Positions 10,278-19,771 of a DNA stretch of 64,000 nucleotides are shown in pieces (positions within the stretch are counted from its first letter, which is position 1; each line of letters opens with the position of its first letter). Under the pieces are notes generated by a model, which was not told where the DNA came from, made no database searches, and saw only the letters and a list, made by a program, of their open reading frames with translations. This stretch comes from an uncultured Chitinophagaceae bacterium (lineage in GTDB: Bacteria > Bacteroidota > Ignavibacteria > Kapaibacteriales > UBA961). Both the position numbers and the translations under genes were made by a program. The stretch is from positions 24,845 to 88,844 of the forward strand of contig CAZGNO010000001.1 in assembly GCA_964527785.1 (NCBI GenBank). The letters are read 5' to 3'.

Positions 10278-10964
10278 TTAAGAGATTGTTTTGGAAGTAG
10301 CAGGAATTACTTTCGTAATTTTGCCTTCAAACATTTCTAACCGTGCAGCTTTTGGGAAACACGCTATTAAATCTGTACTGTGAGTAGATACAATAACAGT
10401 AACGCCTTTTTCTGTCTGTTGTTGAATTATTTTTGCAACAGCGATTGTCGAATCTGAGTCTAAGTTTCCGGTTGGCTCATCGGCAATAAGGAATTCAGGA
10501 TTATGTATAATTGCACGCGCCAAGGCGACTAAATGTTTCTCTCCCCCTGAGAGTTGGTGAGGATACTTGTCTCGAAGATGGCTTATTCCGGTATTTAAAA
10601 GTACTTCTAAGCATATTTGGTCAATCTCGTTTTTTGGAAATTCATTGACTATTAGCGGATATAATACATTTTCATACACAGTAGAATGTGGCAGTAACTT
10701 ACAATCCTGAAAAACAATTCCTGTTTTCCGCAATAATGCGCGCTTTTGGTGGTGCTTCATAATTGCAGTGTTCTGACCATTCAAAAAAACGGATCCGCTT
10801 GAAGGAAAAATATCTGCAAACAATAGTCGAAGTAATGTAGTCTTGCCTGCACCTGTAGCACCCACCAAAAGTGTGGTTTGACCATCGGGCAGCACACCAG
10901 TAATATTTGAAAGTGCGGGAATAACGTCGAATTGGACAGAAACACCGCGAAAATCTATATGCAT
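10278..10964 (-). CDS. ABC transporter ATP-binding protein, FtsE-like
   Basis: Walker [10 protein letters not shown], signature [14 protein letters not shown] and Walker [14 protein letters not shown] trimmed the start to MHIDFRGV (10964) so it does not overlap anmK. The track ORF runs to 11021. Confidence 0.6.
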   Translation of the reverse strand: MHIDFRGVSVQFDVIPALSNITGVLPDGQTTLLVGATGAGKTTLLRLLFADIFPSSGSVFLNGQNTAIMKHHQKRALLRKTGIVFQDCKLLPHSTVYENVLYPLIVNEFPKNEIDQICLEVLLNTGISHLRDKYPHQLSGGEKHLVALARAIIHNPEFLIADEPTGNLDSDSTIAVAKIIQQQTEKGVTVIVSTHSTDLIACFPKAARLEMFEGKITKVIPATSKTIS

Positions 10965-10984
10965 ATAATTAAAAGAGTTAATAC

Positions 10985-12160
10985 ATGAAACTTCAACAAC
11001 AAGAATGGTTTTCAACTCCAAGAATCATCTGTGGATTAATGTCGGGTACTTCGCTCGACGGCATAGATGCAGCAATTGTTGAATTTACAGACCATGCCGG
11101 CAAACATACTTTTACACTAAAATCTCAACTCACTTTCCCCTATTCTAATGAAATTAGAACTGAAATAATTCGGCTCATAGAAAAAAAAAGTGCAATTGCC
11201 GATATAAGCTGGTTACATACCGCTATATCTGAGCTCCATGCTACTGCTACGCAAAAAGCGTGCAAACTTGCCGGAATTTCTCCAAATTTATTGGATGGTG
11301 TCGGTTTTCACGGTCAAACTATATGGCATTCACCTACACCAAAGAACAAACTTGGTCTGACTTTCGGCTCTACTCTCCAGCTTGGCTCTCCATCTGTCCT
11401 GGCAACTTTGCTTGATACTCCTGTTGTCGGTGATTTCCGTTCAGCAGATGTTGCTGTCGGCGGACAAGGTGCTCCACTTGTTCCTATCTTTGATGCTCAC
11501 TTTTTACGTGAAGAAAATCAAACTATTATTGCATTAAATATCGGAGGCATTGCAAATATAACACTATTGCCTCCGTTCGGTAGCAACGAAGCCATCAGAG
11601 CATTTGATACAGGACCGGGCAATGTACTCATAGATGCGGCAGCCAGAATGTTTTTCGGGAAACAATTAGACGAAAGCGGAACAATTGCCGCAGCAGGAAA
11701 AACTATCAAGCCAATGCTAGAACAGTTGAAAAATCATTCATTCATAATAAAAAGCCCGCCAAAGTCAACAGGACGAGAAGACTTTAACCCATCATGGCTT
11801 GAAAAACGAATCCGTACAACTTTTCAGCCGTCAATTCCATCCGAAGATGTTGTAAGAACCATTACTGAGTTTACAGCATGGTCAATAGCAGAAAATATAC
11901 GTCTGTTTGCTGATCCCACTTCAAAAATCATTGCATCCGGTGGAGGAATACATAATAAGACGCTAATGTCAATTTTACAAAATGAATTACCTGATGCAGA
12001 AATAGTCACTTCTGATAGTATAGGTATTCCATCAGATGCGAAGGAAGCAATCTGTTTTGGATATCTTGCCTACAGGACACTCGGTGGATTGAACGGAAAT
12101 ATACCAACAGTTACCGGTGCCAAACGCTCCGTAAAATTGGGGGTAATTGCATTCCCTTAA
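10985..12160 (+). CDS. anmK: anhydro-N-acetylmuramic acid kinase
   Basis: 391 aa with the N-terminal GLMSGTSLDGIDAA motif, FDTGPGN and a C-terminal ASGGG. Confidence 0.85.
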   Translation: MKLQQQEWFSTPRIICGLMSGTSLDGIDAAIVEFTDHAGKHTFTLKSQLTFPYSNEIRTEIIRLIEKKSAIADISWLHTAISELHATATQKACKLAGISPNLLDGVGFHGQTIWHSPTPKNKLGLTFGSTLQLGSPSVLATLLDTPVVGDFRSADVAVGGQGAPLVPIFDAHFLREENQTIIALNIGGIANITLLPPFGSNEAIRAFDTGPGNVLIDAAARMFFGKQLDESGTIAAAGKTIKPMLEQLKNHSFIIKSPPKSTGREDFNPSWLEKRIRTTFQPSIPSEDVVRTITEFTAWSIAENIRLFADPTSKIIASGGGIHNKTLMSILQNELPDAEIVTSDSIGIPSDAKEAICFGYLAYRTLGGLNGNIPTVTGAKRSVKLGVIAFP

Positions 12161-12214
12161 CATAACTACAATATTTACAAACAGTTAAAATCACACTAGA
12201 AGTTTTCAACAGCA

Positions 12215-12434
12215 TTGTCCACAAATCAACATTCTACAAGTGGAAACAATTATTTTAAGGGTGAACATCTCGAATGGTATGTGAACAAAAAGTATAGTTT
12301 CCACATTCCAGTTGAAAACTCTAAACTTATCAACAGTCATTTCCACATACTTTTAATCTATCAATAATTTAAGTAACACTCTTTAATTTTTGGATTTATT
12401 TACTCTTTTCCACAAAGTTATCCACATTTCCACA
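12215..12434 (+). other. cluster of six DnaA-box-like 9-mers (candidate oriC or DnaA-regulated region)
   Basis: All six boxes are on the + strand inside a 326-bp non-coding gap with flanking AT-rich tracts. They are TTGTCCACA 12215-12223, GTTTCCACA 12297-12305, ATTTCCACA 12339-12347, TTTTCCACA 12406-12414, perfect TTATCCACA 12418-12426 and ATTTCCACA 12426-12434. Confidence 0.45.
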
Positions 12435-12486
12435 CGTTATCTTTATTCTTACATTAAGAAAATTTAAAATTAGAAGATATAAGAGA

Positions 12487-13200
12487 TCAGGAAGAAAGCA
12501 TTAAAGGTATAAAGGGCAAGTGGGCATCAGAAAAAAGTAGAATCTCACCTTCAAGAATTTCTATAGATACAGTTTCATTAATAGCACGGTTTCTTGCTCC
12601 TTCACGAACACCCAATTCTAAAATTTCGTTTTGAAGATCCCATTGTAAACCCAACGTAGTTAATCTAGCTTTTGGCTGAGGGATGATAGAAATAATCTCT
12701 TGATTAGTTGCAGAAAAAACAACTGATTTGCGCAAAGGAACAGCATATCTCCCTTTTTCATAGACACAAATGTTAAGCATTTGGGAATGTCGCATCAATA
12801 CACTCCAATTATTCAACGAATGCTCTGCCAGTCCGCCATGAAAACCTGAGACTATAATATTAGTAAGTCCCTTTTCTTGGCAAAATATCAAACACTTTTC
12901 AAAATCATTTGATTCTTGGTCAGGATTATGAATAATTGTTGAGTGTGGAAAATCAGATTCTTCGGCAAGTAAACGAAATGAATCAAGATCACCGATAATA
13001 AAATTCGGTGAAATACCAAAACGTTGAAGTTGTATTGCTGCACCATCTGCGGCAATAATAGGTGAATCTAAGAAAAAATCAAAAAAATCTTTTGATGATG
13101 GTAATGTCCCGTCCAAGCATAACAATGTGTTGAATTTTTGGGACGAACTATCAAGTATATCAATGGGTTGTTGCTGAATTCTTGTACTATTTTGTACCAT
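12487..13200 (-). CDS. thiamine pyrophosphokinase
   Basis: 237 aa with the IIGDLDS motif and a C-terminal thiamine-binding-like beta domain. Confidence 0.55.
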   Translation of the reverse strand: MVQNSTRIQQQPIDILDSSSQKFNTLLCLDGTLPSSKDFFDFFLDSPIIAADGAAIQLQRFGISPNFIIGDLDSFRLLAEESDFPHSTIIHNPDQESNDFEKCLIFCQEKGLTNIIVSGFHGGLAEHSLNNWSVLMRHSQMLNICVYEKGRYAVPLRKSVVFSATNQEIISIIPQPKARLTTLGLQWDLQNEILELGVREGARNRAINETVSIEILEGEILLFSDAHLPFIPLMLSS

Positions 13201-13358
13201 TTTTTTTAAGAGAAACCTAAAATTAACAAGTTTTTGGTATGTTGGTTATGAAACTCGAATTTCAAAGGAAGCTAAAGTTTTGTTAAATTTGTACTTTCGC
13301 AAAAATACAGAATTAAATCGTTTATTATTTTACTCTTACTATCTAATATTCAAAAGAA

Positions 13359-15059
13359 ATGACAAGTGCCTTTCAAAAATTCTCTGAACTGCCCTACGAG
13401 CGTCCTAATCTTGACTCGATAGAAGCAGCATATAATGAACTCACAGAGCGATTCCTCGCTTCGAATACAGCTGAAGCTCAAAATAATGTTATTCGAGATT
13501 GGAATAGTCTCAGAACAGACTATATGACTAATTTGAGCATTGCTCATGTACGTTTTACATTGAATGTAAAAGACGAATGGGCATTATCCGAGCGTACATT
13601 TATTGATGAAAACTCTCCGACTATTGCTGAGTGGAGTCAAAATTTTGTAAAAACCATACTAGCTTCTAAATTCCTAAGTGAAATTGAAAAAGAATGGGGA
13701 ACACTATTCATCGAAAATTTAGAACAAGGAATAAAGACATTCTCAAACGAAATAAAACCAATGCTTGTTCAGCAATCTGAGCTTTCTAAAAAGTATGACG
13801 GAATTTTAGCATCAGCAGAAATTGAACTGGATGGTGAAACATTTAATCTTTCCCGTTTGGAACGCAAGCTTCTGGATCCAAACCGTGAAGTACGTAAAAA
13901 AGCACAACAAGCACGGTTTGAATTTCTTTCTTCCAATAAAGAAGAACTTGATCAGATATATGATGAAATGGTAAAACTCCGTCATCAAATAGCCAAACAA
14001 CTTGGTTTTAGTAATTTTGTGGAGTTCCGTTATGTTGAAATGGGACGCAATGAATATTCACCGGCAGATGTAGCACGTTTTCGTGAATATGTCCATGAGA
14101 AAATTGTTCCGCTTATTGCCAAACAGCGTAAAAAACAAGCAGAACGGTTAGGTGTGAATGAGCTTCGTTTTCATGATGAAATTCTACATTTTCCTGACGG
14201 AAATCCAACAGCAGAAGGAAATCCTGAGTGGATTGTGGAACAAGCACGCCAAATGTACAGCGAGCTGTCACCGCAAACGGATGAGTTCTTCAATATGATG
14301 ATAGACCGTGAGTTAATGGATTTGGTAACAAGACCAAATAAAGCAGTAGGCGGATACTGTACCAATTTTCCTTCGTTTGGTGTACCGTTCATCTTTTCCA
14401 ATTTTAACGGTACTACACACGATGTAGAAGTTTTAACTCACGAAGCAGGCCATGCATTCCAAGCATATAAGAGCCGTAATAACAAGGTTGTAGATTACAT
14501 CTTCCCGACAATGGAAGCGTGTGAAATACACTCAATGGGAATGGAATATCTTACATGGAATTGGATGGATAAATTTTTCGGAACCCAAACATCGAAATTC
14601 AAATTTTATCACTTATTACGTTCATTGATGTTTCTTCCCTACTGCTGTGCGGTAGATGAATTCCAGCACTGGGTATATGAAAATCCGGAAGTTACTCCGG
14701 CAGATAGAAAAGCCAAATGGCACGAATTAGAGTTGAAATATTTGCCCTGGCGCGTTTACGAAGATTTACCATATGCTGAAGAAGGCACTGTGTGGCAATT
14801 CCAAAAACATATTTACGAAATGCCGTTCTATTATATAGATTATGCTCTCGCACAAATTTGCGCATTACAAATATGGAGTAAATCCCGCAAAAATATGAAC
14901 GAGGCACTCAAGGATTATATTAGAATATGCGAAATTGGCGGCAGTAAAACATTCCTTGAAATCGTAAAAGCCGGTAATATGCACTCTCCTTTCGAGACTG
15001 AATGTTTGGATCAGGTGATTCAAGAAGCAGAAAATTGGCTGGAGGAATGGAAAAACTGA
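13359..15059 (+). CDS. pepF: M3-family oligoendopeptidase F
   Basis: 566 aa with the zinc motif THEAGHAF and the typical M3B length. Confidence 0.8.
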   Translation: MTSAFQKFSELPYERPNLDSIEAAYNELTERFLASNTAEAQNNVIRDWNSLRTDYMTNLSIAHVRFTLNVKDEWALSERTFIDENSPTIAEWSQNFVKTILASKFLSEIEKEWGTLFIENLEQGIKTFSNEIKPMLVQQSELSKKYDGILASAEIELDGETFNLSRLERKLLDPNREVRKKAQQARFEFLSSNKEELDQIYDEMVKLRHQIAKQLGFSNFVEFRYVEMGRNEYSPADVARFREYVHEKIVPLIAKQRKKQAERLGVNELRFHDEILHFPDGNPTAEGNPEWIVEQARQMYSELSPQTDEFFNMMIDRELMDLVTRPNKAVGGYCTNFPSFGVPFIFSNFNGTTHDVEVLTHEAGHAFQAYKSRNNKVVDYIFPTMEACEIHSMGMEYLTWNWMDKFFGTQTSKFKFYHLLRSLMFLPYCCAVDEFQHWVYENPEVTPADRKAKWHELELKYLPWRVYEDLPYAEEGTVWQFQKHIYEMPFYYIDYALAQICALQIWSKSRKNMNEALKDYIRICEIGGSKTFLEIVKAGNMHSPFETECLDQVIQEAENWLEEWKN

Positions 15060-15125
15060 TAAAAGAAGCTTCAGTCAAACTACTTTAGTATAAGAGTTAA
15101 ATAATTAACAAAAGAAAAGAACACA

Positions 15126-15998
15126 ATGAACGTAGAATTTAGCGACATATCATTTGAAAACAGGCGACGCACAGCTCAAGAACTGACAGAAATTGCAACG
15201 GAAATCCGCCGTGATATTATGAAAATGCTAGTACTTGCAAAATCAGGACACAGCGGGGGTCCCCTTGGCTCATCGGATATTTTTGCGGCACTCTATATGG
15301 GCGGTGTAATGCGTCACCATAAAGACGACCCGCATTGGGAAGGGCGCGACAGATTTGTTTTGAGTGCAGGACATATGTGCCCGGTGCAATATGCGGCAAT
15401 GGCTAATGCAGGTTTTTTCCCAAAACAGGAATTATCTACTCTTCGCAAATATAACACGCGTTTGCAAGGGCATCCCGGTCGTGATATGGGATTACCCGGT
15501 ATCGAAACATCATCCGGTTCACTCGGTCAGGGAATTTCCATTGCAGTCGGTATGGCTATTAGCGATAAACTACTCGATAAATCAGACAAAAGAGTGTTTT
15601 CTCTTACCGGAGACGGTGAATTACAAGAAGGTTCGGTATGGGAAGCTGCTATGTCTGCTGCACATTTCGGACTGGATAATTTCTGCTGGATAATTGATAA
15701 TAACGACTGCCAGATAGACGGAAGAATCAAAGAAGTGATGGATGTCTATCCAATTGACAAAAAATGTGAAGCATTTGGTTTTGAAACAATCGTTATTGAC
15801 GGACATAATTTTGATGAAATTATGGCAGCATTCGATAAGTTTATTGAAAACAACAAAATTGGAACCGGCAAGCCCACAGCTATTATTGCAAAAACATATA
15901 TGGGACGCGGTGTTTCATTTATGGAAGATAACTTCAAGTGGCACGGTAATCCTCCTAATGAACAGCAAGCAGCACAAGCACTTGAGGAATTAGTATAA
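15126..15998 (+). CDS. transketolase, N-terminal (TPP-binding) subunit
   Basis: 290 aa with SGHSGGPLGSSD, the GDGELQEGSVWEA TPP-binding motif and a split-transketolase layout. Confidence 0.85.
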   Translation: MNVEFSDISFENRRRTAQELTEIATEIRRDIMKMLVLAKSGHSGGPLGSSDIFAALYMGGVMRHHKDDPHWEGRDRFVLSAGHMCPVQYAAMANAGFFPKQELSTLRKYNTRLQGHPGRDMGLPGIETSSGSLGQGISIAVGMAISDKLLDKSDKRVFSLTGDGELQEGSVWEAAMSAAHFGLDNFCWIIDNNDCQIDGRIKEVMDVYPIDKKCEAFGFETIVIDGHNFDEIMAAFDKFIENNKIGTGKPTAIIAKTYMGRGVSFMEDNFKWHGNPPNEQQAAQALEELV

Positions 15999-16007
15999 GT
16001 GAAAACA

Positions 16008-16622
16008 ATGAGAGTATATTTCCTCCTGATTTTTGCATTCAGTTTATGCTTGGGTTGCAAAGAACCTCAGCAGCAACTTCCCGTAAAACAAGGAACGACA
16101 CCGACTCTATCCGAACAGCATGGTGAACCAACCAATGAAAACTCTGAATCGGTAAGCAAGGAATTTGAAGGGCTCAAACTCACTAAAAAAGACCCGCTGC
16201 CTGCTAAAGAGCTTGTTCCATTTTTACCGGATAAATTAGGAGAAGAGTCATTCCCCGCTTCCTTAATGAAATCGGAAAGAGACGGGTACACAATAACGAT
16301 GGCTAGAAGGCAATTTTCTGTATCGGTTAAGGGTTCAATCATTATTTCTATAACTGATTACGGTGGAAGTGCAGTACTTAATACCAAAGGGTACGAAATG
16401 CCACAAACAGAAGTAGGTATTCGATTAGAAAAAATAAGACTGCCTGACGGTGTTGGGTTTAAGACCTTTAATTCTGCTAATAACAGTGGAGTTATTGCAG
16501 CTTTGGTAGGAGGAAGATTTGGAATTGATATTGAAGCGATAAGTATGCCTGATAACTTTGGTGATATAGGGCAAATTTTGGATAAAATTAATATCGAAGG
16601 TCTTCTCAAAAAAGCAAAATAA
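16008..16622 (+). CDS. hypothetical lipoprotein inserted between the transketolase halves
   Basis: Signal peptide with lipobox (MRVYFLLIFAFSLCLGC). The ORF opens at GTG 15999, directly after the upstream TAA, with the first ATG at 16008. It ends 28 nt before the next gene. Confidence 0.6.
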   Translation: MRVYFLLIFAFSLCLGCKEPQQQLPVKQGTTPTLSEQHGEPTNENSESVSKEFEGLKLTKKDPLPAKELVPFLPDKLGEESFPASLMKSERDGYTITMARRQFSVSVKGSIIISITDYGGSAVLNTKGYEMPQTEVGIRLEKIRLPDGVGFKTFNSANNSGVIAALVGGRFGIDIEAISMPDNFGDIGQILDKINIEGLLKKAK

Positions 16623-16650
16623 AACATTCAAATACTTAGAATAGATTACA

Positions 16651-17658
16651 ATGGAAGAATATACATTATTGGGTTCAAAGCCCACAAGACATGGATTTGG
16701 TGAGGCACTGGTGGTATTAGGTGAACGAAACGAAAATATAGTTGTTCTCGGCGGTGATATTACAGGATCGGTAATGACTTCCCTTTTCAAGGATAAATTT
16801 CCGGACAGATTCTTTTCAATCGGGATTGCAGAACAAAACGCAACAACTATTGCTGCCGGACTAGCTCTCTCGGGCAAAGTGCCGTTCTTCGCAAGCTATG
16901 GAGCATTCTGCGCTCTGCGTAATGCAGACCAAATACGTATCTCATGCTGTTATAACGAAGCAAATGTGAAAATAGGCGGCGGTCATGCCGGCATCAGCGT
17001 AGGACCTGACGGTGCAACTCATCAAGTTCTTGAGGAGGTCGCATATTTGCGTACACTGCCTCATTTGACAATGCTTGTACCCTGCGATTATCTCGAAGCC
17101 AAAAAAGCAACGATTGCAATGGGTGAGATGGTAGGTCCGGCATACATTCGTTTTGGTCGCTCGCCTGTACCGCTGTATACTACCGATACAACTCCTTTTG
17201 AAATCGGTAAAGCACACGTGCTTCGTGAAGGCAATGATGTCGCTCTGATTGCGTGTGGTGCACTTGTATGGGAGTCATTGCTTGCAGCACAGGAGCTAGC
17301 CAAAAAAGGAATTCAAGCACGGGTAATCAACAACCCATCTATCAAACCTTTTGACGTAGAAACAACCGTAACGGCAGCCCGTGAATGCGGAGCTATCGTT
17401 ACAGCCGAGGAACATCAGGTTCATGGAGGTTTAGGAGGTGCTGTTGCAGAAGTAACAGCCAAGAACTCACCTGTGCCAATTGAATTTGTAGGGGTAAAAG
17501 ACAGTTTCGGCGGAAGCGGTGACCCCGATGAACTGATGGTTAAATTTGGCTTGACGTGGAAAGAAATATATGCCTCAGCATTGAAGGCAATGGAGCGTCG
17601 GGATAAAGGGTCGGTAGGATTCAGACGTGTGAAGGATGTGGAGCAGTATATCGGGTAA
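16651..17658 (+). CDS. transketolase, C-terminal (pyrimidine-binding) subunit
   Basis: 335 aa with FFSIGIAEQNATTIAAGLA and GPDGATHQ motifs. Confidence 0.85.
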   Translation: MEEYTLLGSKPTRHGFGEALVVLGERNENIVVLGGDITGSVMTSLFKDKFPDRFFSIGIAEQNATTIAAGLALSGKVPFFASYGAFCALRNADQIRISCCYNEANVKIGGGHAGISVGPDGATHQVLEEVAYLRTLPHLTMLVPCDYLEAKKATIAMGEMVGPAYIRFGRSPVPLYTTDTTPFEIGKAHVLREGNDVALIACGALVWESLLAAQELAKKGIQARVINNPSIKPFDVETTVTAARECGAIVTAEEHQVHGGLGGAVAEVTAKNSPVPIEFVGVKDSFGGSGDPDELMVKFGLTWKEIYASALKAMERRDKGSVGFRRVKDVEQYIG

Positions 17659-17718
17659 AATAGTCTTTTAGAATGGAAAATATAAAGGATTGCGATACTT
17701 AAGCGCAGTCCTTTTTTT

Positions 17719-19212
17719 ATGATAAGTAAGGAACGTCAGTATAAAGTAATGGAAAAAACATTGGAAATACAAGAGCCGATGCTCCATAAATTAGGCAAAA
17801 TTGCCGACGATAGAGATGTAGAACTCTATGCCGTCGGTGGATGGGTGCGCGATTACTTTATGGGAAGGCAAGTGCAGGATATTGACTGTACTGTGGTGGG
17901 AGATTCTCTAAACTTCGCTGAAATTGTAGCATATCACTTTTCAACTAAAGCTGTTATTTATGAACGATTCAGAACAGCACTTGTTCCGGTGGGAGATTAC
18001 AAACTTGAATTCGTTGGTACTAGAAAAGAAGAGTATCAAGCGCATACTCGAAAACCGATTGTAAGTGAAGGGACGCTTGAAGATGATTTGCGTCGGCGCG
18101 ATTTTACAATCAATGCTATGGCAGTTTCGCTTAATGCGTCGTCGTTTGGAAAGTTGATTGATATTTTCGGAGGGCAAGAGGATTTGGAACAAAAGATTCT
18201 TAGGACTCCACTTGACCCAATTGTTACATTCAGTGATGACCCGCTTAGGATGATGCGGGCAGCCAGATTTGCCGCACGATTGGGATTTGCTCTTACGTCC
18301 GAAATTAAAGAAGCAATGAAACAAATGGCAGATAGAATAACGATAATTTCGCAAGAGCGAATTACCGATGAATTTCTAAAAATACTGGAAGCCCCAAAGC
18401 CAAGTATAGGATTGACTATTCTTTACGAAACAGGGCTTCTGAAATACGTATTTCCAGAAGTGGAACGCCTGGCAGGGATTGACCTCGTGCAAATTGGTGA
18501 ACAGGAGTATGCCCACAAGGACGTTTTTTATCATACACTCCAAGTGTTGGATAACCTTGCAGTCGTATCGGATAACCTTTGGCTACGGTTTGCTACTCTC
18601 ATGCACGATATTGCCAAACCAAAAACAAAACGTTTTTTGCCGGGTATCGGCTGGTCATTTCACGGACACGAGGAAATTGGAGCCAGGTGGCAACAGTCAA
18701 TTTTCCGCAGAATGAAACTACCTTTGGAAAATCTGCCGTATGTTGAAAAGCTCGTGCGACTTCACCAACGCCCGATGACACTCCTTGACGAAGAAATCAC
18801 CGATTCTGCCATTCGACGTCTCGCAGTGGCTGCCGGAGATGCTCTGGAAGACCTTTTTGTGTTATGCAGAGCAGATATTACCACCAAAAACCCTAAACGA
18901 GCAGAAAAATACCTTCGTAATTACGATGTTGTGTTTCAAAAAATAATGGATGTACAGGAACGAGACCAATTGAGGGCATTCCAATCCCCGGTTCGTGGTG
19001 AGGAAATTATGGAAATCTGTAATATTCAACCGTCAAGAGCAGTTGGGTTTATCAAAACTGCTATAGAAGAAGCAATCTTAGAAGGTTATATACCCAATGA
19101 ATATGATGCTGCAAAAGTATATTTGCTGGAACATAAAGACGAATGGCTTGCAGAAGCCAAGAACGAAATTCCGAAGAAAAGCAGAAGGAGTGACAAAGAA
19201 AAAATGGCTTAA
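17719..19212 (+). CDS. cca: CCA-adding tRNA nucleotidyltransferase / poly(A) polymerase family protein with HD domain
   Basis: 497 aa with the GGWVRD nucleotidyltransferase motif, RRDFTINA and the HD motif LMHDIAKP. The start could instead be the internal MEKT at 17749. Confidence 0.75.
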   Translation: MISKERQYKVMEKTLEIQEPMLHKLGKIADDRDVELYAVGGWVRDYFMGRQVQDIDCTVVGDSLNFAEIVAYHFSTKAVIYERFRTALVPVGDYKLEFVGTRKEEYQAHTRKPIVSEGTLEDDLRRRDFTINAMAVSLNASSFGKLIDIFGGQEDLEQKILRTPLDPIVTFSDDPLRMMRAARFAARLGFALTSEIKEAMKQMADRITIISQERITDEFLKILEAPKPSIGLTILYETGLLKYVFPEVERLAGIDLVQIGEQEYAHKDVFYHTLQVLDNLAVVSDNLWLRFATLMHDIAKPKTKRFLPGIGWSFHGHEEIGARWQQSIFRRMKLPLENLPYVEKLVRLHQRPMTLLDEEITDSAIRRLAVAAGDALEDLFVLCRADITTKNPKRAEKYLRNYDVVFQKIMDVQERDQLRAFQSPVRGEEIMEICNIQPSRAVGFIKTAIEEAILEGYIPNEYDAAKVYLLEHKDEWLAEAKNEIPKKSRRSDKEKMA

Positions 19213-19276
19213 CTAAAAATATTTTTTGTGGAAACGGCGATATTCTCGTATTTTTGCGTTCCCCAAATGTAGATAT

Positions 19277-19349
<73 letters not shown>

Positions 19350-19382
19350 CGCGCTACCATAGAAATAAAATTTGACAATAGT

Positions 19383-19457
19383 GGGATCGTAGCTCAGCTT
19401 GGTTAGAGCGCCTGCCTGTCACGCAGGAGGTCGCGAGTTCGAGTCTCGTCGGTCCCG
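19383..19457 (+). tRNA. tRNA-Asp (anticodon GTC)
   Basis: Cloverleaf folded by hand, with anticodon stem-loop CCTGC-CTGTCAC-GCAGG and T-arm GCGAG-TTCGAGT-CTCGT. Confidence 0.9.
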
Positions 19458-19460
19458 CAT

Positions 19461-19492
19461 AAAAAAGACGCTGATTATCAGCGTCTTTTTTT
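19461..19492 (+). terminator. rho-independent terminator after the tRNA pair
   Basis: 9-bp stem AGACGCTGA / TCAGCGTCT with a 3-nt loop, followed by TTTTTT. Confidence 0.8.
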
Positions 19493-19707
19493 GTTTTAGG
19501 CAATAGTAAGGTTTTCAAAAAGTGATTCTAAAATGATATCTTAAAGTTTGCACCCAAAAAGCCACATCGAATCTTCAGATACTCCTCTCTCAAAAACCTT
19601 GTTATCTTTCTTTCTCATTCTTTTCTTCTGCGTTAATTCAACCAATTCTGTAGCTACCCATAACGACGATAGCGACACACAAAAATATTTTTTACAAAAT
19701 AATTTGC

Positions 19708-19749
19708 GTAGTTAAATAACTACACTTATATTTGTAGTTAAATAACTAC
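19708..19749. promoter_or_regulatory. two copies of the palindromic operator GTAGTTA-AA-TAACTAC, plus a TAnnTTTG -7-like box, upstream of the ArsR-family gene
   Basis: Identical 16-mers sit at 19708-19723 and 19734-19749. TATATTTG (19727-19734) lies between them and overlaps the second copy. The ATG of the regulator is at 19772. Confidence 0.6.
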
Positions 19750-19771
19750 ACAACGAATTTTGGACTATCAC

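Noticed and set aside
13283-13291. TAAATTTG (TAnnTTTG-type -7 box) about 70 nt upstream of pepF, as a promoter call
   Set aside because: A single 8-mer in AT-rich DNA occurs easily by chance, and I could not pair it with a convincing -33 element, so it is not listed as a feature.
15217-17303. Numerous 60-150-aa ORFs on both strands inside the transketolase/lipoprotein operon (e.g. 15364-15693, 15746-16060, 16425-16877, 16942-17217)
   Set aside because: All overlap strongly supported genes in alternative frames and have no recognisable motifs.
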